Both the position numbers and the translations under genes were made by a program. The notes under the pieces are model-generated. The model had not been told where the DNA came from, did not search any database, and was given only the letters and a program-made list of their open reading frames with translations. From assembly GCA_902798205.1 (NCBI GenBank), contig CADBVV010000007.1:6852-70851 (forward strand): a stretch of 64,000 nt of DNA. The letters run 5' to 3'. Of the stretch, positions 38,637 to 48,028 are shown one piece after another. The stretch comes from an uncultured Pseudomonadota bacterium. GTDB taxonomy: Bacteria > Pseudomonadota > Alphaproteobacteria > Rs-D84. The stretch's first letter is position 1, and every line of letters begins with the position of its first letter.

Positions 38637-40551
38637 TTGATTTTTTAACTGTTTTTGTTGTTTTCTTTTTTACAGAAACTTTTTTACCGGATACAATTTC
38701 ACGAATTTCTTCGCCAGATAACGTTTCTTTATCCAACAAAGCCTTTGCAATTTTTTCAACAGTTGTTTTATTCTTGGAAACCAAATTTTTGGCATCTTTG
38801 TATGCGCTTTCTATCCAAACACGAATTTCAGCATCAACTGCTTCGGCTGTTTTTTCAGACGCATTTTCCAGCGCAATTCTTTGTCCGAAAGTATCCGCCT
38901 GATTAATTGCAACCATACCAATTTTTTCTGATAATCCGGCCATAGTAATAGAACGACGCGCCAAACGTGTTGCCATTTCAATGTCTGATGCCGCACCAGT
39001 AGTAATTTTATTTTTACCAAAAAAGATTTCTTCTGCGGCACGGCCAGCCAAATCAATCGCTAAATTTGCACGAACTTCTTCCAATGTCATTGATACTTTG
39101 TCATCAATTGGCAAATGTTGCACCATACCCAAAGCCTGACCGCGTGGTATGATTGTGGCCTTGTGTATTGGGTCGGTTATATCACTGTAATGCACACTGA
39201 CAAAGGCATGCCCTGCTTCGTGATACGCGGTTAATTTTGTATCTTCTGGGCGAATCTTGCGATTCTTTTTTGGTCCCATTAAGATTTTATCGCGTGCTTC
39301 TTCGATATCGTTTTGTTCAACAACCTTGTGTCCAACACGCACAGCATGAAGTGCGGCTTCGTTTAACAGGTTTTCCAAATCTGCACCACTGAATCCTGTT
39401 GTGCCACGTGCAACTTCCATCATTGATACGTGTTCACCAATTTTGAATTTTTTAGCATGCAAATCTAATATATCATGGCGCCCTTCCAGATTTGGTAATT
39501 CAATGTTTATTTGTCTGTCGAAACGGCCCGGACGAAGCAACGCCTTGTCCAACATATCAGGACGATTCGTTGCAGCGATAACAATAATTCCTGTATCGTT
39601 TGAAAATCCGTCCATTTCAATCAACAATTGATTCAAAGTTTGTTCACGGTCATTATCATTAAGCGAATGTTTGCTGCGGCTTTGACCAATAGCATCAATT
39701 TCATCAATAAACAAAATACATGGCGCATTGCGCTTTGCCAATTCAAAAATTTCTTTTATCTTCGCAACACCCAAACCAACAATAATTCCAGAAAAATCAC
39801 TGCCCGATGTAGCAAAGAATGGAACATTTGCTTCACCTGCAACCGCACGTGCCAGTAATGTTTTACCTGTTCCTGGTTCACCAGACAATAATATTCCACG
39901 TGGAACACGCGCACCCAAAGCTTTGAATTTATCTTTGTTTTTCAAAAATTCGACCACTTCCATTAATTCTTGTTTTTCAGAATCAATACCGGCCACATCT
40001 TTAAATGTTGTTTTGGTTTTGCCTGTTGTGATTTTAGTTGGGTTTTGACCGATTAAACTGCGTGTTATTCCGCCACCCCCGTTTCCACCGCGCATAATAC
40101 GCAACAACCAAATCAAGAACAGCGCACTGACCAAAATTGGTAACCATTTTGCGACACCGTCCCACATTGAATCACGATTATTAATGGAAACAACAGCCCC
40201 ATTTTTAGATATTTTTTCCAATAATTCTGGATTATAAGTAATCGTTGCACGATATGGTGTTCCGTCTTTCAAAACACCTGTTGCGATATCATCTTTGTTG
40301 ATGTCCATTGTTTTGATATCGTTTGCACGACGCAACACATCAGAAAAAGACAATTCGATTGGCGCTTTTACCTGGGCATTATTATCTTTGATTAAAGGAT
40401 TGCCAACATTGCCAACAAAAATTATACGCGCAATCAATGCAACGAATAATACCGCGAATGCGATTAAATAAAATTTAGAACCATCTTTCTTTTTAAATAT
40501 GTCTTTTTTCATGTCTTTTCCTAAAACTTGTTCGTTTTCCTTCTGGGACAA
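38623..40551 (-). CDS. ftsH: ATP-dependent zinc metalloprotease FtsH
   Basis: GEPGTGKT, FIDEID, ATNRPD, HEAGH; two TM helices; true start may be a few codons downstream. Confidence 0.97.
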   Translation of the reverse strand: MSQKENEQVLGKDMKKDIFKKKDGSKFYLIAFAVLFVALIARIIFVGNVGNPLIKDNNAQVKAPIELSFSDVLRRANDIKTMDINKDDIATGVLKDGTPYRATITYNPELLEKISKNGAVVSINNRDSMWDGVAKWLPILVSALFLIWLLRIMRGGNGGGGITRSLIGQNPTKITTGKTKTTFKDVAGIDSEKQELMEVVEFLKNKDKFKALGARVPRGILLSGEPGTGKTLLARAVAGEANVPFFATSGSDFSGIIVGLGVAKIKEIFELAKRNAPCILFIDEIDAIGQSRSKHSLNDNDREQTLNQLLIEMDGFSNDTGIIVIAATNRPDMLDKALLRPGRFDRQINIELPNLEGRHDILDLHAKKFKIGEHVSMMEVARGTTGFSGADLENLLNEAALHAVRVGHKVVEQNDIEEARDKILMGPKKNRKIRPEDTKLTAYHEAGHAFVSVHYSDITDPIHKATIIPRGQALGMVQHLPIDDKVSMTLEEVRANLAIDLAGRAAEEIFFGKNKITTGAASDIEMATRLARRSITMAGLSEKIGMVAINQADTFGQRIALENASEKTAEAVDAEIRVWIESAYKDAKNLVSKNKTTVEKIAKALLDKETLSGEEIREIVSGKKVSVKKKTTKTVKKSNAKK

Positions 40552-41464
40552 TCAGAATTCTGTCGTTTAATCTTCGAATTGTGCAATGTCCCAATGTAAA
40601 TTTACAATCAGCACCTAATTTAGATAGTGCCATTTGTAAAGAATTCAAGCGTACCGGATAAATATCCCCACCTATTTTTTGAATCAACGTTCCAAGAAAC
40701 TTTAGTCTAATTTCTTCTGCTTCGTCAAACAAAAAAGAAGAAATAAACAATGCGCCCCACGAACGAATAACAATTTCCACACGGGATTCTATATATTTAT
40801 CCATCCATTCGCGTGTTCGGGATAAATTTTGAATTGCCAATAAAATTCGCGCATCACTTATTCCCAATTCATCATTTAAAATATGTCTGTTTTTACGAAT
40901 TTTTACACGTGTATAGTGTTCGTCACTGTTCATAGAATCAACAAAATATTTGATATTGTTATCTTCACAATACTTTTTTATTTCTTCGCGTGATACATTT
41001 AAAAGCGGACGCAAAATCTTTAAACCATTTCGTGTTGATTCTGGCAACATAGCAGCCAATCCATACAAACCACTGCCACGTGAAAGATTCATTAAAAATG
41101 TTTCAATCTGATCATCACTTTGATGCGCGGTTACAAGGTATTCAATATTATTTTCATGACAATAATCTGTCATCATTTTATAACGCGCCTCACGTGCGGC
41201 TGCTTCCAATCCCTTTTCAGGTTTTTCACCGTCCCAATAAAAAATTTTACAAGGGATATTTAATTTCTTGCAAGTATCCGCAACATATTCTGTTTCAATG
41301 TCTGCTTCGGCACGCAATTTATGATTAACATGCAAACAAACTATATCTGCACCAATATCATGCAACCAATACAACAAACACATAGAATCAACACCGCCAC
41401 TGACCGCGACAGCCATTTTAGTATTTTTGTATTTAGCAATAAAATCCGAAAACTTTTGATTCAT
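40493..41464 (-). CDS. tilS: tRNA(Ile)-lysidine synthetase
   Basis: AVSGGVDS, HVNHKLR, TAHQSDDQIET, RPLL; tilS-ftsH gene order. Confidence 0.95.
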   Translation of the reverse strand: MNQKFSDFIAKYKNTKMAVAVSGGVDSMCLLYWLHDIGADIVCLHVNHKLRAEADIETEYVADTCKKLNIPCKIFYWDGEKPEKGLEAAAREARYKMMTDYCHENNIEYLVTAHQSDDQIETFLMNLSRGSGLYGLAAMLPESTRNGLKILRPLLNVSREEIKKYCEDNNIKYFVDSMNSDEHYTRVKIRKNRHILNDELGISDARILLAIQNLSRTREWMDKYIESRVEIVIRSWGALFISSFLFDEAEEIRLKFLGTLIQKIGGDIYPVRLNSLQMALSKLGADCKFTLGHCTIRRLNDRILIVPEGKRTSFRKRHEKRHI

Positions 41465-41514
41465 AACAAGCTTATTTTATGGTATAATTTCGAAAAATAA
41501 AGGAAAAACGAAAA

Positions 41515-42087
41515 ATGGCTGGAAAAATAAAATCTGTAGCAGTTTACTGTGGACATCAATTGGGCAACAACCCGGAATTCGCACGCGCCGCCCGTCGTGT
41601 TGGTGAAATATTGGCACGTAATAAAATAACTCTTGTTTTTGGGGGTGGTGATGTTGGATTAATGGGAACCGTGGCTGATGCTGCAATTGAAAACGGTGGT
41701 GAAGTCATAGGAATATCAACAACACATGTTGTATCGGTCCAAGAACCCGTACACACTGGCATAAATGTCAAGGTTGTAGAAGGACTTTCTGAACGCAAAG
41801 AAGAAATGTTCGATTTATCGGATGCTTTTGTCATTTTGCCTGGTGGAATTGGCACATTGGACGAAATGACAGATATTATGACCAAACAACAGGTTGGTGA
41901 ATCTTGCAAACCTATATATATGATGAATATCGCTAAATATTGGGAAATTTTCGGTCAGGTTATGACCCATATGCAAGACGAAGGATTCATGCCAAACGCA
42001 GACGCATATAATTTACACGTTATAAACGATGTTGACGATTTGACAGAAAGATTACTCAACGGCAACGATCTTGTCACGTCCTGTTAA
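41515..42087 (+). CDS. LOG-family (TIGR00730-type) nucleotide phosphoribohydrolase
   Basis: FGGGDVGLMG, RKEEM, LPGGIGTLDE. Confidence 0.9.
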   Translation: MAGKIKSVAVYCGHQLGNNPEFARAARRVGEILARNKITLVFGGGDVGLMGTVADAAIENGGEVIGISTTHVVSVQEPVHTGINVKVVEGLSERKEEMFDLSDAFVILPGGIGTLDEMTDIMTKQQVGESCKPIYMMNIAKYWEIFGQVMTHMQDEGFMPNADAYNLHVINDVDDLTERLLNGNDLVTSC

Positions 42088-42282
42088 ACCTTTTAATATT
42101 TTGATTCTGGATTTTGGAACATCAAAGTATTTTGACAGTAATTCAATAACCGCCTCGTTTGCTTTGCCGTTTTCTGGGGCTGTTGTGGTATAAACACGCA
42201 AAACCCCATCGTTTTCAACGACTTTATTTTGTTTTGCGTGTGGTGTTACACGAATATTAAAATTCTTCGACAAATCTTTCAT
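42052..42282 (-). CDS. DUF167/YggU-family protein
   Basis: IRVTPHAK, APENGKAN, LAxxFxVxKS-like segment, GLTGRDK. Confidence 0.85.
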   Translation of the reverse strand: MKDLSKNFNIRVTPHAKQNKVVENDGVLRVYTTTAPENGKANEAVIELLSKYFDVPKSRIKILKGLTGRDKIVAVE

Positions 42283-42604
42283 CGCTCATAATATGAATAT
42301 GGAAATGCATCACAGATTGCCCCGCACCGCGACCGGTATTTGCAACAGTTCTGAAATTTTCACGCAATCCCAGTTTTTCAACCGTATTGCGAACCCCAGC
42401 CCAAAACGCCATTTGAAAATCTGCCGGTGCATTTTGTGTAAAATCGAAAATATCAGTATATTCGCCACGTGGAATAACCAGAACATGAACTTTTGCCCTT
42501 GGCGCCACGTCATAGAAAGCCAGCACATTATCATCACTGTAAACAGTTTTATTAGGAATTTCCCCGCGCAATATTTTTGCAAATACATTATCTTTGTTAT
42601 ACAT
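42257..42604 (-). CDS. HIT-family nucleotide hydrolase
   Basis: NVFAKILRGEIP, QSVMHFHIHI. Confidence 0.92.
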   Translation of the reverse strand: MYNKDNVFAKILRGEIPNKTVYSDDNVLAFYDVAPRAKVHVLVIPRGEYTDIFDFTQNAPADFQMAFWAGVRNTVEKLGLRENFRTVANTGRGAGQSVMHFHIHIMSDERFVEEF

Positions 42605-42605
42605 A

Positions 42606-42950
42606 TTAGTTTCCTTTTTGTCTTTGTAATTGTCTCATTAACGGGACATACGTTTTTTGATATTTTCCAATTTTAAGAGTATCAAATTTTAAAGTATCTG
42701 GCGTTATAACCGTCGTCCCGTCTTTAACATGTGAAAACATAGTATCTTTTTTCATTTGTTCTAATTTGATAGCATCCATTTCCAATCTAATTTTAGAACG
42801 TTTTAATTCTTCGCCCGCAATCGCACATAACATAATCAAAAGAAATGTTATCAAACAACCATTTAACGGGGATACTTTGACTTCTGTTTTTCTTTCGACA
42901 TATTCATTTTGGTTATTGTGGTTATTACTACTTACTTTACTCATAAACAC
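42606..42950 (-). CDS. Hypothetical single-pass membrane protein
   Basis: One TM segment (GCLITFLLIMLCAIAG); no recognised motif. Confidence 0.55.
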   Translation of the reverse strand: MFMSKVSSNNHNNQNEYVERKTEVKVSPLNGCLITFLLIMLCAIAGEELKRSKIRLEMDAIKLEQMKKDTMFSHVKDGTTVITPDTLKFDTLKIGKYQKTYVPLMRQLQRQKGN

Positions 42951-43003
42951 TACCCTTTCTTTATATTCATAAACTGTACATCAAATATATATAAAATCAA
43001 GGG

Positions 43004-43031
43004 CTTGAAATACTAATTTTTTGCACTATAT
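43004..43031 (+). promoter_or_regulatory. Possible sigma32 (RpoH)-type promoter of groESL
   Basis: CTTGAA-14 nt-CACTATAT upstream of groES, similar to alphaproteobacterial heat-shock promoters. Confidence 0.45.
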
Positions 43032-43056
43032 TTCACGCATAGCAAAGGAGTTTTTA

Positions 43057-43341
43057 ATGTTTAAACCATTGCACAATTATATTTTACTGGAAAGACTTGA
43101 AGAAGAAAACAAAACCGCCGGCGGAATTATTATACCGGATAATGCGAAAGAAAAACCTTCCCGCGGCCGCGTGATTGCGACTGGCGATGGTATTTATGAA
43201 AACGGACAAAAAATACCTGTGTCTGTCAAAAAAGATGATGTTGTATTGTTTGCTAAATGGGCATCGTCTGCAAACGAAGTCAAAATTGACGGCAAAGATT
43301 ATGTTTTAATCAAAGAATCTGATATTCTCGGAATTTTATAA
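43057..43341 (+). CDS. groES: Co-chaperonin GroES
   Basis: [27 protein letters not shown]; AAGGAG RBS before ATG 43057. Confidence 0.97.
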   Translation: MFKPLHNYILLERLEEENKTAGGIIIPDNAKEKPSRGRVIATGDGIYENGQKIPVSVKKDDVVLFAKWASSANEVKIDGKDYVLIKESDILGIL

Positions 43342-43353
43342 AAGGAATAAATC

Positions 43354-44970
43354 ATGGCAAAAGATATTGTTTTTAATACTGATAAATTAGCCGCTGGTGT
43401 TGATAAATTGGCAAATACTGTCAAAATCACAATGGGGCCAAAGGGTCGCACAGTTGTGATTGAACGTGCATATGGCGCACCAGTTGCAACAAAAGACGGT
43501 GTAACCGTTGCAAAAGAAGTTTCATTAAAAGACAATGCCGAAAACATCGGTGCAAAAATGATTCAAGAAGTTGCGAAACGCGCTGGTGATTCTGCCGGTG
43601 ACGGAACAACAACTGCAACAGTATTGGCACAAAATTTGTTCCGCGAAGGTCGTCGTGTTATCGCTGCCGGAATGAACCCAATGGATGTTAAACGCGGTAT
43701 TGATATCGCAGTTGAAGCCGTTGTGAACGACATTGAAAAACATGCACGCCCTGTGAAAGATTCATCTGAAATCGCCCAGGTTGCAACAATTTCTGCAAAC
43801 AGTGATTCTGATATCGGTCAAAAAATTGCTGACGCTATGGAAAAAGTTGGCAAAGAAGGTGTTATCACAGTCCAAGAAGCAAAAGGCCTTGATACAGAAA
43901 TCGATGTGGTCGAAGGTATGCAATTTGACCAAGGTTTCATGTCGCCCTATTTTGTAACGAACAGCGAAAAAATGTTGGCAGAATTGGAAAACGCGGCAAT
44001 CTTGGTTTCCGAAAAGAAAATCACAGGTCTGCAAGCTTTGTTACCTATTTTGGAACCAATCGCTCAATCTGGTCGTCCTTTGTTGATTATTGCCGAAGAT
44101 GTAGAATCCGAAGCATTGGCGACATTGGTTTTAAACCGTTTGCGTGGTGGTTTGAAAGTTTGCGCGGTAAAGGCACCTGGGTTTGGTGATCGTCGCAAAG
44201 AAATGTTAAAAGATATCGCGATTGTAACTGGTGCAACTGTTATATCTGACGATATGGGTATGACATTTGAAAACATCAATCAATCAGTTTTGGGTTCTGC
44301 GAAACGCGTTGTTGTTTCCAAAGATAAAACATTGTTGGTCAACGGCGGTGGCGACAGCGAAATGATAAAAGCACGCGCTGATGAAATCCGCAAAGCATTG
44401 AAAGACACAACCAGCGATTATGACCGCGAAAAATTGGCTGAAAGATTGGCTAAATTGGTTGGCGGTGTTGCGGTTATCCATGTTGGCGGAATGACCGAAG
44501 TCGAAGTTAAAGAAAAGAAAGACCGCGTTGACGACGCATTGGCTGCTACACGTGCTGCCGTTGCCGAAGGCATTGTTGCCGGTGGCGGTGTTGCATTGGT
44601 TCGCGCAGTTGAATCTTTGAAAAACCTGACCGGTGCAAACGCGGATCAAAATGTTGGTATAGATATTGTTCGTCGCGCAATCGTTGCACCTTGTATGCAG
44701 ATTGCTGAAAATGCTGGTGTATCTGGTGAAATTGTTGTTGGAAAAATTATGGAAAACAGCGATTACAATTTCGGATACAACGCCCAGACTGGTGAATATG
44801 TAGATATGATGAAATCTGGTATTATTGACCCTGCCAAGGTTGTAAAAACAGCAATCCAAGCGGCTGCATCAACCGCGGGGGTATTGCTTACAACTGGCGC
44901 AGTAATGTCTGAAATCCCAGAAGAAAAATCCAGCACCCCTGTGACACCGGGTATGCCTGGAATGATGTAA
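43354..44970 (+). CDS. groEL: Chaperonin GroEL
   Basis: [26 protein letters not shown] tail. Confidence 0.98.
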   Translation: MAKDIVFNTDKLAAGVDKLANTVKITMGPKGRTVVIERAYGAPVATKDGVTVAKEVSLKDNAENIGAKMIQEVAKRAGDSAGDGTTTATVLAQNLFREGRRVIAAGMNPMDVKRGIDIAVEAVVNDIEKHARPVKDSSEIAQVATISANSDSDIGQKIADAMEKVGKEGVITVQEAKGLDTEIDVVEGMQFDQGFMSPYFVTNSEKMLAELENAAILVSEKKITGLQALLPILEPIAQSGRPLLIIAEDVESEALATLVLNRLRGGLKVCAVKAPGFGDRRKEMLKDIAIVTGATVISDDMGMTFENINQSVLGSAKRVVVSKDKTLLVNGGGDSEMIKARADEIRKALKDTTSDYDREKLAERLAKLVGGVAVIHVGGMTEVEVKEKKDRVDDALAATRAAVAEGIVAGGGVALVRAVESLKNLTGANADQNVGIDIVRRAIVAPCMQIAENAGVSGEIVVGKIMENSDYNFGYNAQTGEYVDMMKSGIIDPAKVVKTAIQAAASTAGVLLTTGAVMSEIPEEKSSTPVTPGMPGMM

Positions 44971-44976
44971 ATAAAT

Positions 44977-45004
44977 AAAAACCACCCTTTTGGGTGGTTT
45001 TTTT
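44977..45004. terminator. Bidirectional intrinsic terminator
   Basis: aaaaccaccc-tttt-gggtggttttttt. Confidence 0.85.
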
Positions 45005-45725
45005 ATTTTACTTTTTCAAACGCACGTAATAATTGCTTTTTGTAAAAATCAGCCATTCCACGTTTTTTTTCATTTGTCCAAATTTTTATTTCTTTATCTG
45101 GTGTTCGGATTGCAACAGCATCAATTTCACCTTCGTATGTCACATAAACAAATATTGGCTGATGGACACATTGTCTTACCAATGTTTTATCATAATCCAC
45201 GCGCATCTTTGCACGCATTCCGCCCAAAAGCGTTTTGAATACTGGTACAACCCCAACCATATTTTGTGATATTTTTTTTGCCAAACGACGATTATCTGTG
45301 GTTTGATATCCGCAATTTTCATAAAAACTTACCGCACCATTCAACGAAACAACAGACATATTTGGCACAATCAAATTTGAAGCACGTTCACTTTGGGCAA
45401 GTAATTTTTTACCAATTCCCATACCGTTATATTGCGGATTCACATATAAATTACGCAAATACATTGTTGATTTATCTTCGCGGTATCCGGTCACAAAACC
45501 AACCATTATCTTGTCATCATATGCAGCAAACGCAAAATTATTTCGTTCATGTTTCCAATCATCCATATGCCCCTTGAATATGCGATTTCTGTCAGAATCA
45601 TCAACAGGATATCCATATTTTACCGTATCACACAACATTTCCAGACGTGTAAAATCAGACCAGATTTTTGGATTCGCCATCTGGTCAAAGATTGGTACAA
45701 CTCTGATATCTTGGTTTGTTTGCAT
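45003..45725 (-). CDS. GNAT-family N-acetyltransferase
   Basis: LRNLYVNPQYNGMGIGKKLL (motif A); AVSFYENCGY. Confidence 0.85.
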   Translation of the reverse strand: MQTNQDIRVVPIFDQMANPKIWSDFTRLEMLCDTVKYGYPVDDSDRNRIFKGHMDDWKHERNNFAFAAYDDKIMVGFVTGYREDKSTMYLRNLYVNPQYNGMGIGKKLLAQSERASNLIVPNMSVVSLNGAVSFYENCGYQTTDNRRLAKKISQNMVGVVPVFKTLLGGMRAKMRVDYDKTLVRQCVHQPIFVYVTYEGEIDAVAIRTPDKEIKIWTNEKKRGMADFYKKQLLRAFEKVK

Positions 45726-45827
45726 ACTTACACCCCCAACACTTTAAATATAGTATAAAAAATAATTTTGTCAATACACATGCTTAAAATTTGCAAAACG
45801 CCCTTTTTATTGATAAAATTAAAGATT

Positions 45828-46586
45828 ATGTACAAGTTTTTTAGAAAAATTTGGAAAGGTTTTTGGGAACCAGTTTTACATAACGACATTATTCAATGGA
45901 TTGTCGTTGGATTACTGGCTGGGTTGACATGGTTTATATTTTTTACATCACGACATAAATTTACAAACACAAAATCATTAAGAAATTATCGCAAAAATCC
46001 TGTGGTTTTTGTGTTCTTTCACGGACGTTGTGCAATGTTATCCCCTGTTATTGCATCGGCACGAATAAAATCTTATTGTGTTGCATCACGTCACAAAGAT
46101 GGTCGAATGATGGCTCGTTTACAAAGATTATTTGGATTACGCGCAATTTATGGTTCGACATCCGATGGTGCAGTTGCAGTGTTAAAGCAAGGCGTTCGTG
46201 TTATGAAAGACAAAAATGTTTCAATGTGCGTTCCGGTTGACGGGCCATCTGGTCCATCATTGCGTTTACAAGATGGCGCACTTTATTTTGCACGCATGAC
46301 AGGCGCACCAATTGTACCGGTATGTTTTTCATGTTCGCGCCCTATTTATATGGACAGATGGGATAAATTTATGATTCCAAAATTATTTGGAACAATATCT
46401 TGTTGGATTGGCGACCCAATATATATAGATTCAAAATTACGCGGTGAAGAATTCGAACAAAAACGCAAAGAAATTGAAGATTTGATGATAAAACAATTAC
46501 GCAAATTGGATAAAGATTTTAATTTACCAGAAATAGAAATTGACCTTAACGCCACTGATTATAAAAAACGCGCCCGTGGCGAATAA
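45828..46586 (+). CDS. DUF374 / lysophospholipid acyltransferase-family protein
   Basis: FFHGR, ASRHKDG, IYGST, VDGPSGP. Confidence 0.85.
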   Translation: MYKFFRKIWKGFWEPVLHNDIIQWIVVGLLAGLTWFIFFTSRHKFTNTKSLRNYRKNPVVFVFFHGRCAMLSPVIASARIKSYCVASRHKDGRMMARLQRLFGLRAIYGSTSDGAVAVLKQGVRVMKDKNVSMCVPVDGPSGPSLRLQDGALYFARMTGAPIVPVCFSCSRPIYMDRWDKFMIPKLFGTISCWIGDPIYIDSKLRGEEFEQKRKEIEDLMIKQLRKLDKDFNLPEIEIDLNATDYKKRARGE

Positions 46587-46639
46587 TGTTTTTATTCACT
46601 CTTTTTTGTGATATAATTCACACAAAAGGATATAAAAAT

Positions 46640-47980
46640 ATGCTGTCAAAAAAAGATTCATTTTTACAAGCCGTTACTTTATTAAGACAAAAACAAGAGC
46701 AACTTCAACAGATTGACAATTCTTTTGATTTAAACGCACAAACCAATTATATGGCAGATACAAAAAATTGGCTGTTGGTTCATCTTACCAAATACGCTCC
46801 GAAAGATAATAAATTACAAACAACTGGTCATGCGACGGATTACGCGTTTTCACGTGCAACAATTCATTTTACATTGAATCATACCGTCAAACCAAACAGT
46901 GGCGGCAGTTGGGATACCAGACCATATGTTGTTTTAACACCTTATGATGATACAACAAAAATAAACAATATGAATCCGGTGGAAGTATCTTGGGACGACA
47001 CATTTTTTGTCCCAGATCCAGAAAAAGATTTACAATTACCTGCATCGGCCAGAATTGTTCGACCAGGTTCTGTCCCAGAAGGCAGACTTTTTCAAATAAA
47101 CGGCAAAGAAACTGTTTATAAAGCCGATGATTACACCAACGAAGAAATCGAAGAAATATTGTCACTGTTGCCAAAAGAAGACAGAATTCAATATGAATAC
47201 TGGCTTTCTGGTGGCGAAAAACACCAAGAAATTAAGGGAATCTCCCCTGAAACATTTGCACAACATATAATCGCAGAAGATTCTACAGGCAGATTGAAAA
47301 AAATATACGACAAGACAAAAGATAAAAAAGCATTCATAATTGGTCTGTTAGAAGAATCAAGATATGAAATATTAACACAATTTGTCCGTAATATTGCGAC
47401 ACATGCAACCATGGAAAACATGGGATACAAAAAAACGAAACCCTATGTTGCCAACATCGTTCAAGATACCGCAATTGCAAACGGCATACAAAGCACCAAC
47501 AGTGGTCAATCTGGACATTCAAATTCTTTATACGGCAGAACAGAAGACGTTTGGCAATTTTTGGAAAACACACATGATCTTTTCGTAAAAGACATTAATG
47601 ATTTGGATTATTTATCGCAAGAAATATCTTATATATTATCAAGCAAAACTCATTTTGAATTTGGTCGTGCAATATTAAACAACATCGTTTACAACAAACC
47701 AATTTCACAAGAAATCATATATAATGAATTTGTGTCTGAATTTGAAGACTTTAAATCCAGTGGTTTTACAGACAAAGAAAACATCAACAGTTTTGATAAA
47801 AATCTTGATACCGTACTTCGCAAACATTGTGCATGGCGCATAAATAATTTCCAAGAAACATTTCAAAAATTACGTAAACACCCTAATTTTAATAACATGG
47901 TAATGCGATTAAAGAAAGATTTTTCAAACGTTATAGACCCAGCCCCCACATTACAAATTATACATTCGCACGACAGATAA
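46640..47980 (+). CDS. Hypothetical protein
   Basis: Long ORF with an AAAGGA RBS and its own terminator at 47981-48009; no confident family. Confidence 0.7.
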   Translation: MLSKKDSFLQAVTLLRQKQEQLQQIDNSFDLNAQTNYMADTKNWLLVHLTKYAPKDNKLQTTGHATDYAFSRATIHFTLNHTVKPNSGGSWDTRPYVVLTPYDDTTKINNMNPVEVSWDDTFFVPDPEKDLQLPASARIVRPGSVPEGRLFQINGKETVYKADDYTNEEIEEILSLLPKEDRIQYEYWLSGGEKHQEIKGISPETFAQHIIAEDSTGRLKKIYDKTKDKKAFIIGLLEESRYEILTQFVRNIATHATMENMGYKKTKPYVANIVQDTAIANGIQSTNSGQSGHSNSLYGRTEDVWQFLENTHDLFVKDINDLDYLSQEISYILSSKTHFEFGRAILNNIVYNKPISQEIIYNEFVSEFEDFKSSGFTDKENINSFDKNLDTVLRKHCAWRINNFQETFQKLRKHPNFNNMVMRLKKDFSNVIDPAPTLQIIHSHDR

Positions 47981-48028
47981 AAAAAGGGTCGATTAATTTG
48001 ACCCTTTTTCTTTTCGCTTTTTTTCAGC

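Noticed and set aside
42951-43056. CIRCE/HrcA operator upstream of groESL
   Set aside because: No TTAGCACTC-N9-GAGTGCTAA inverted repeat is present.
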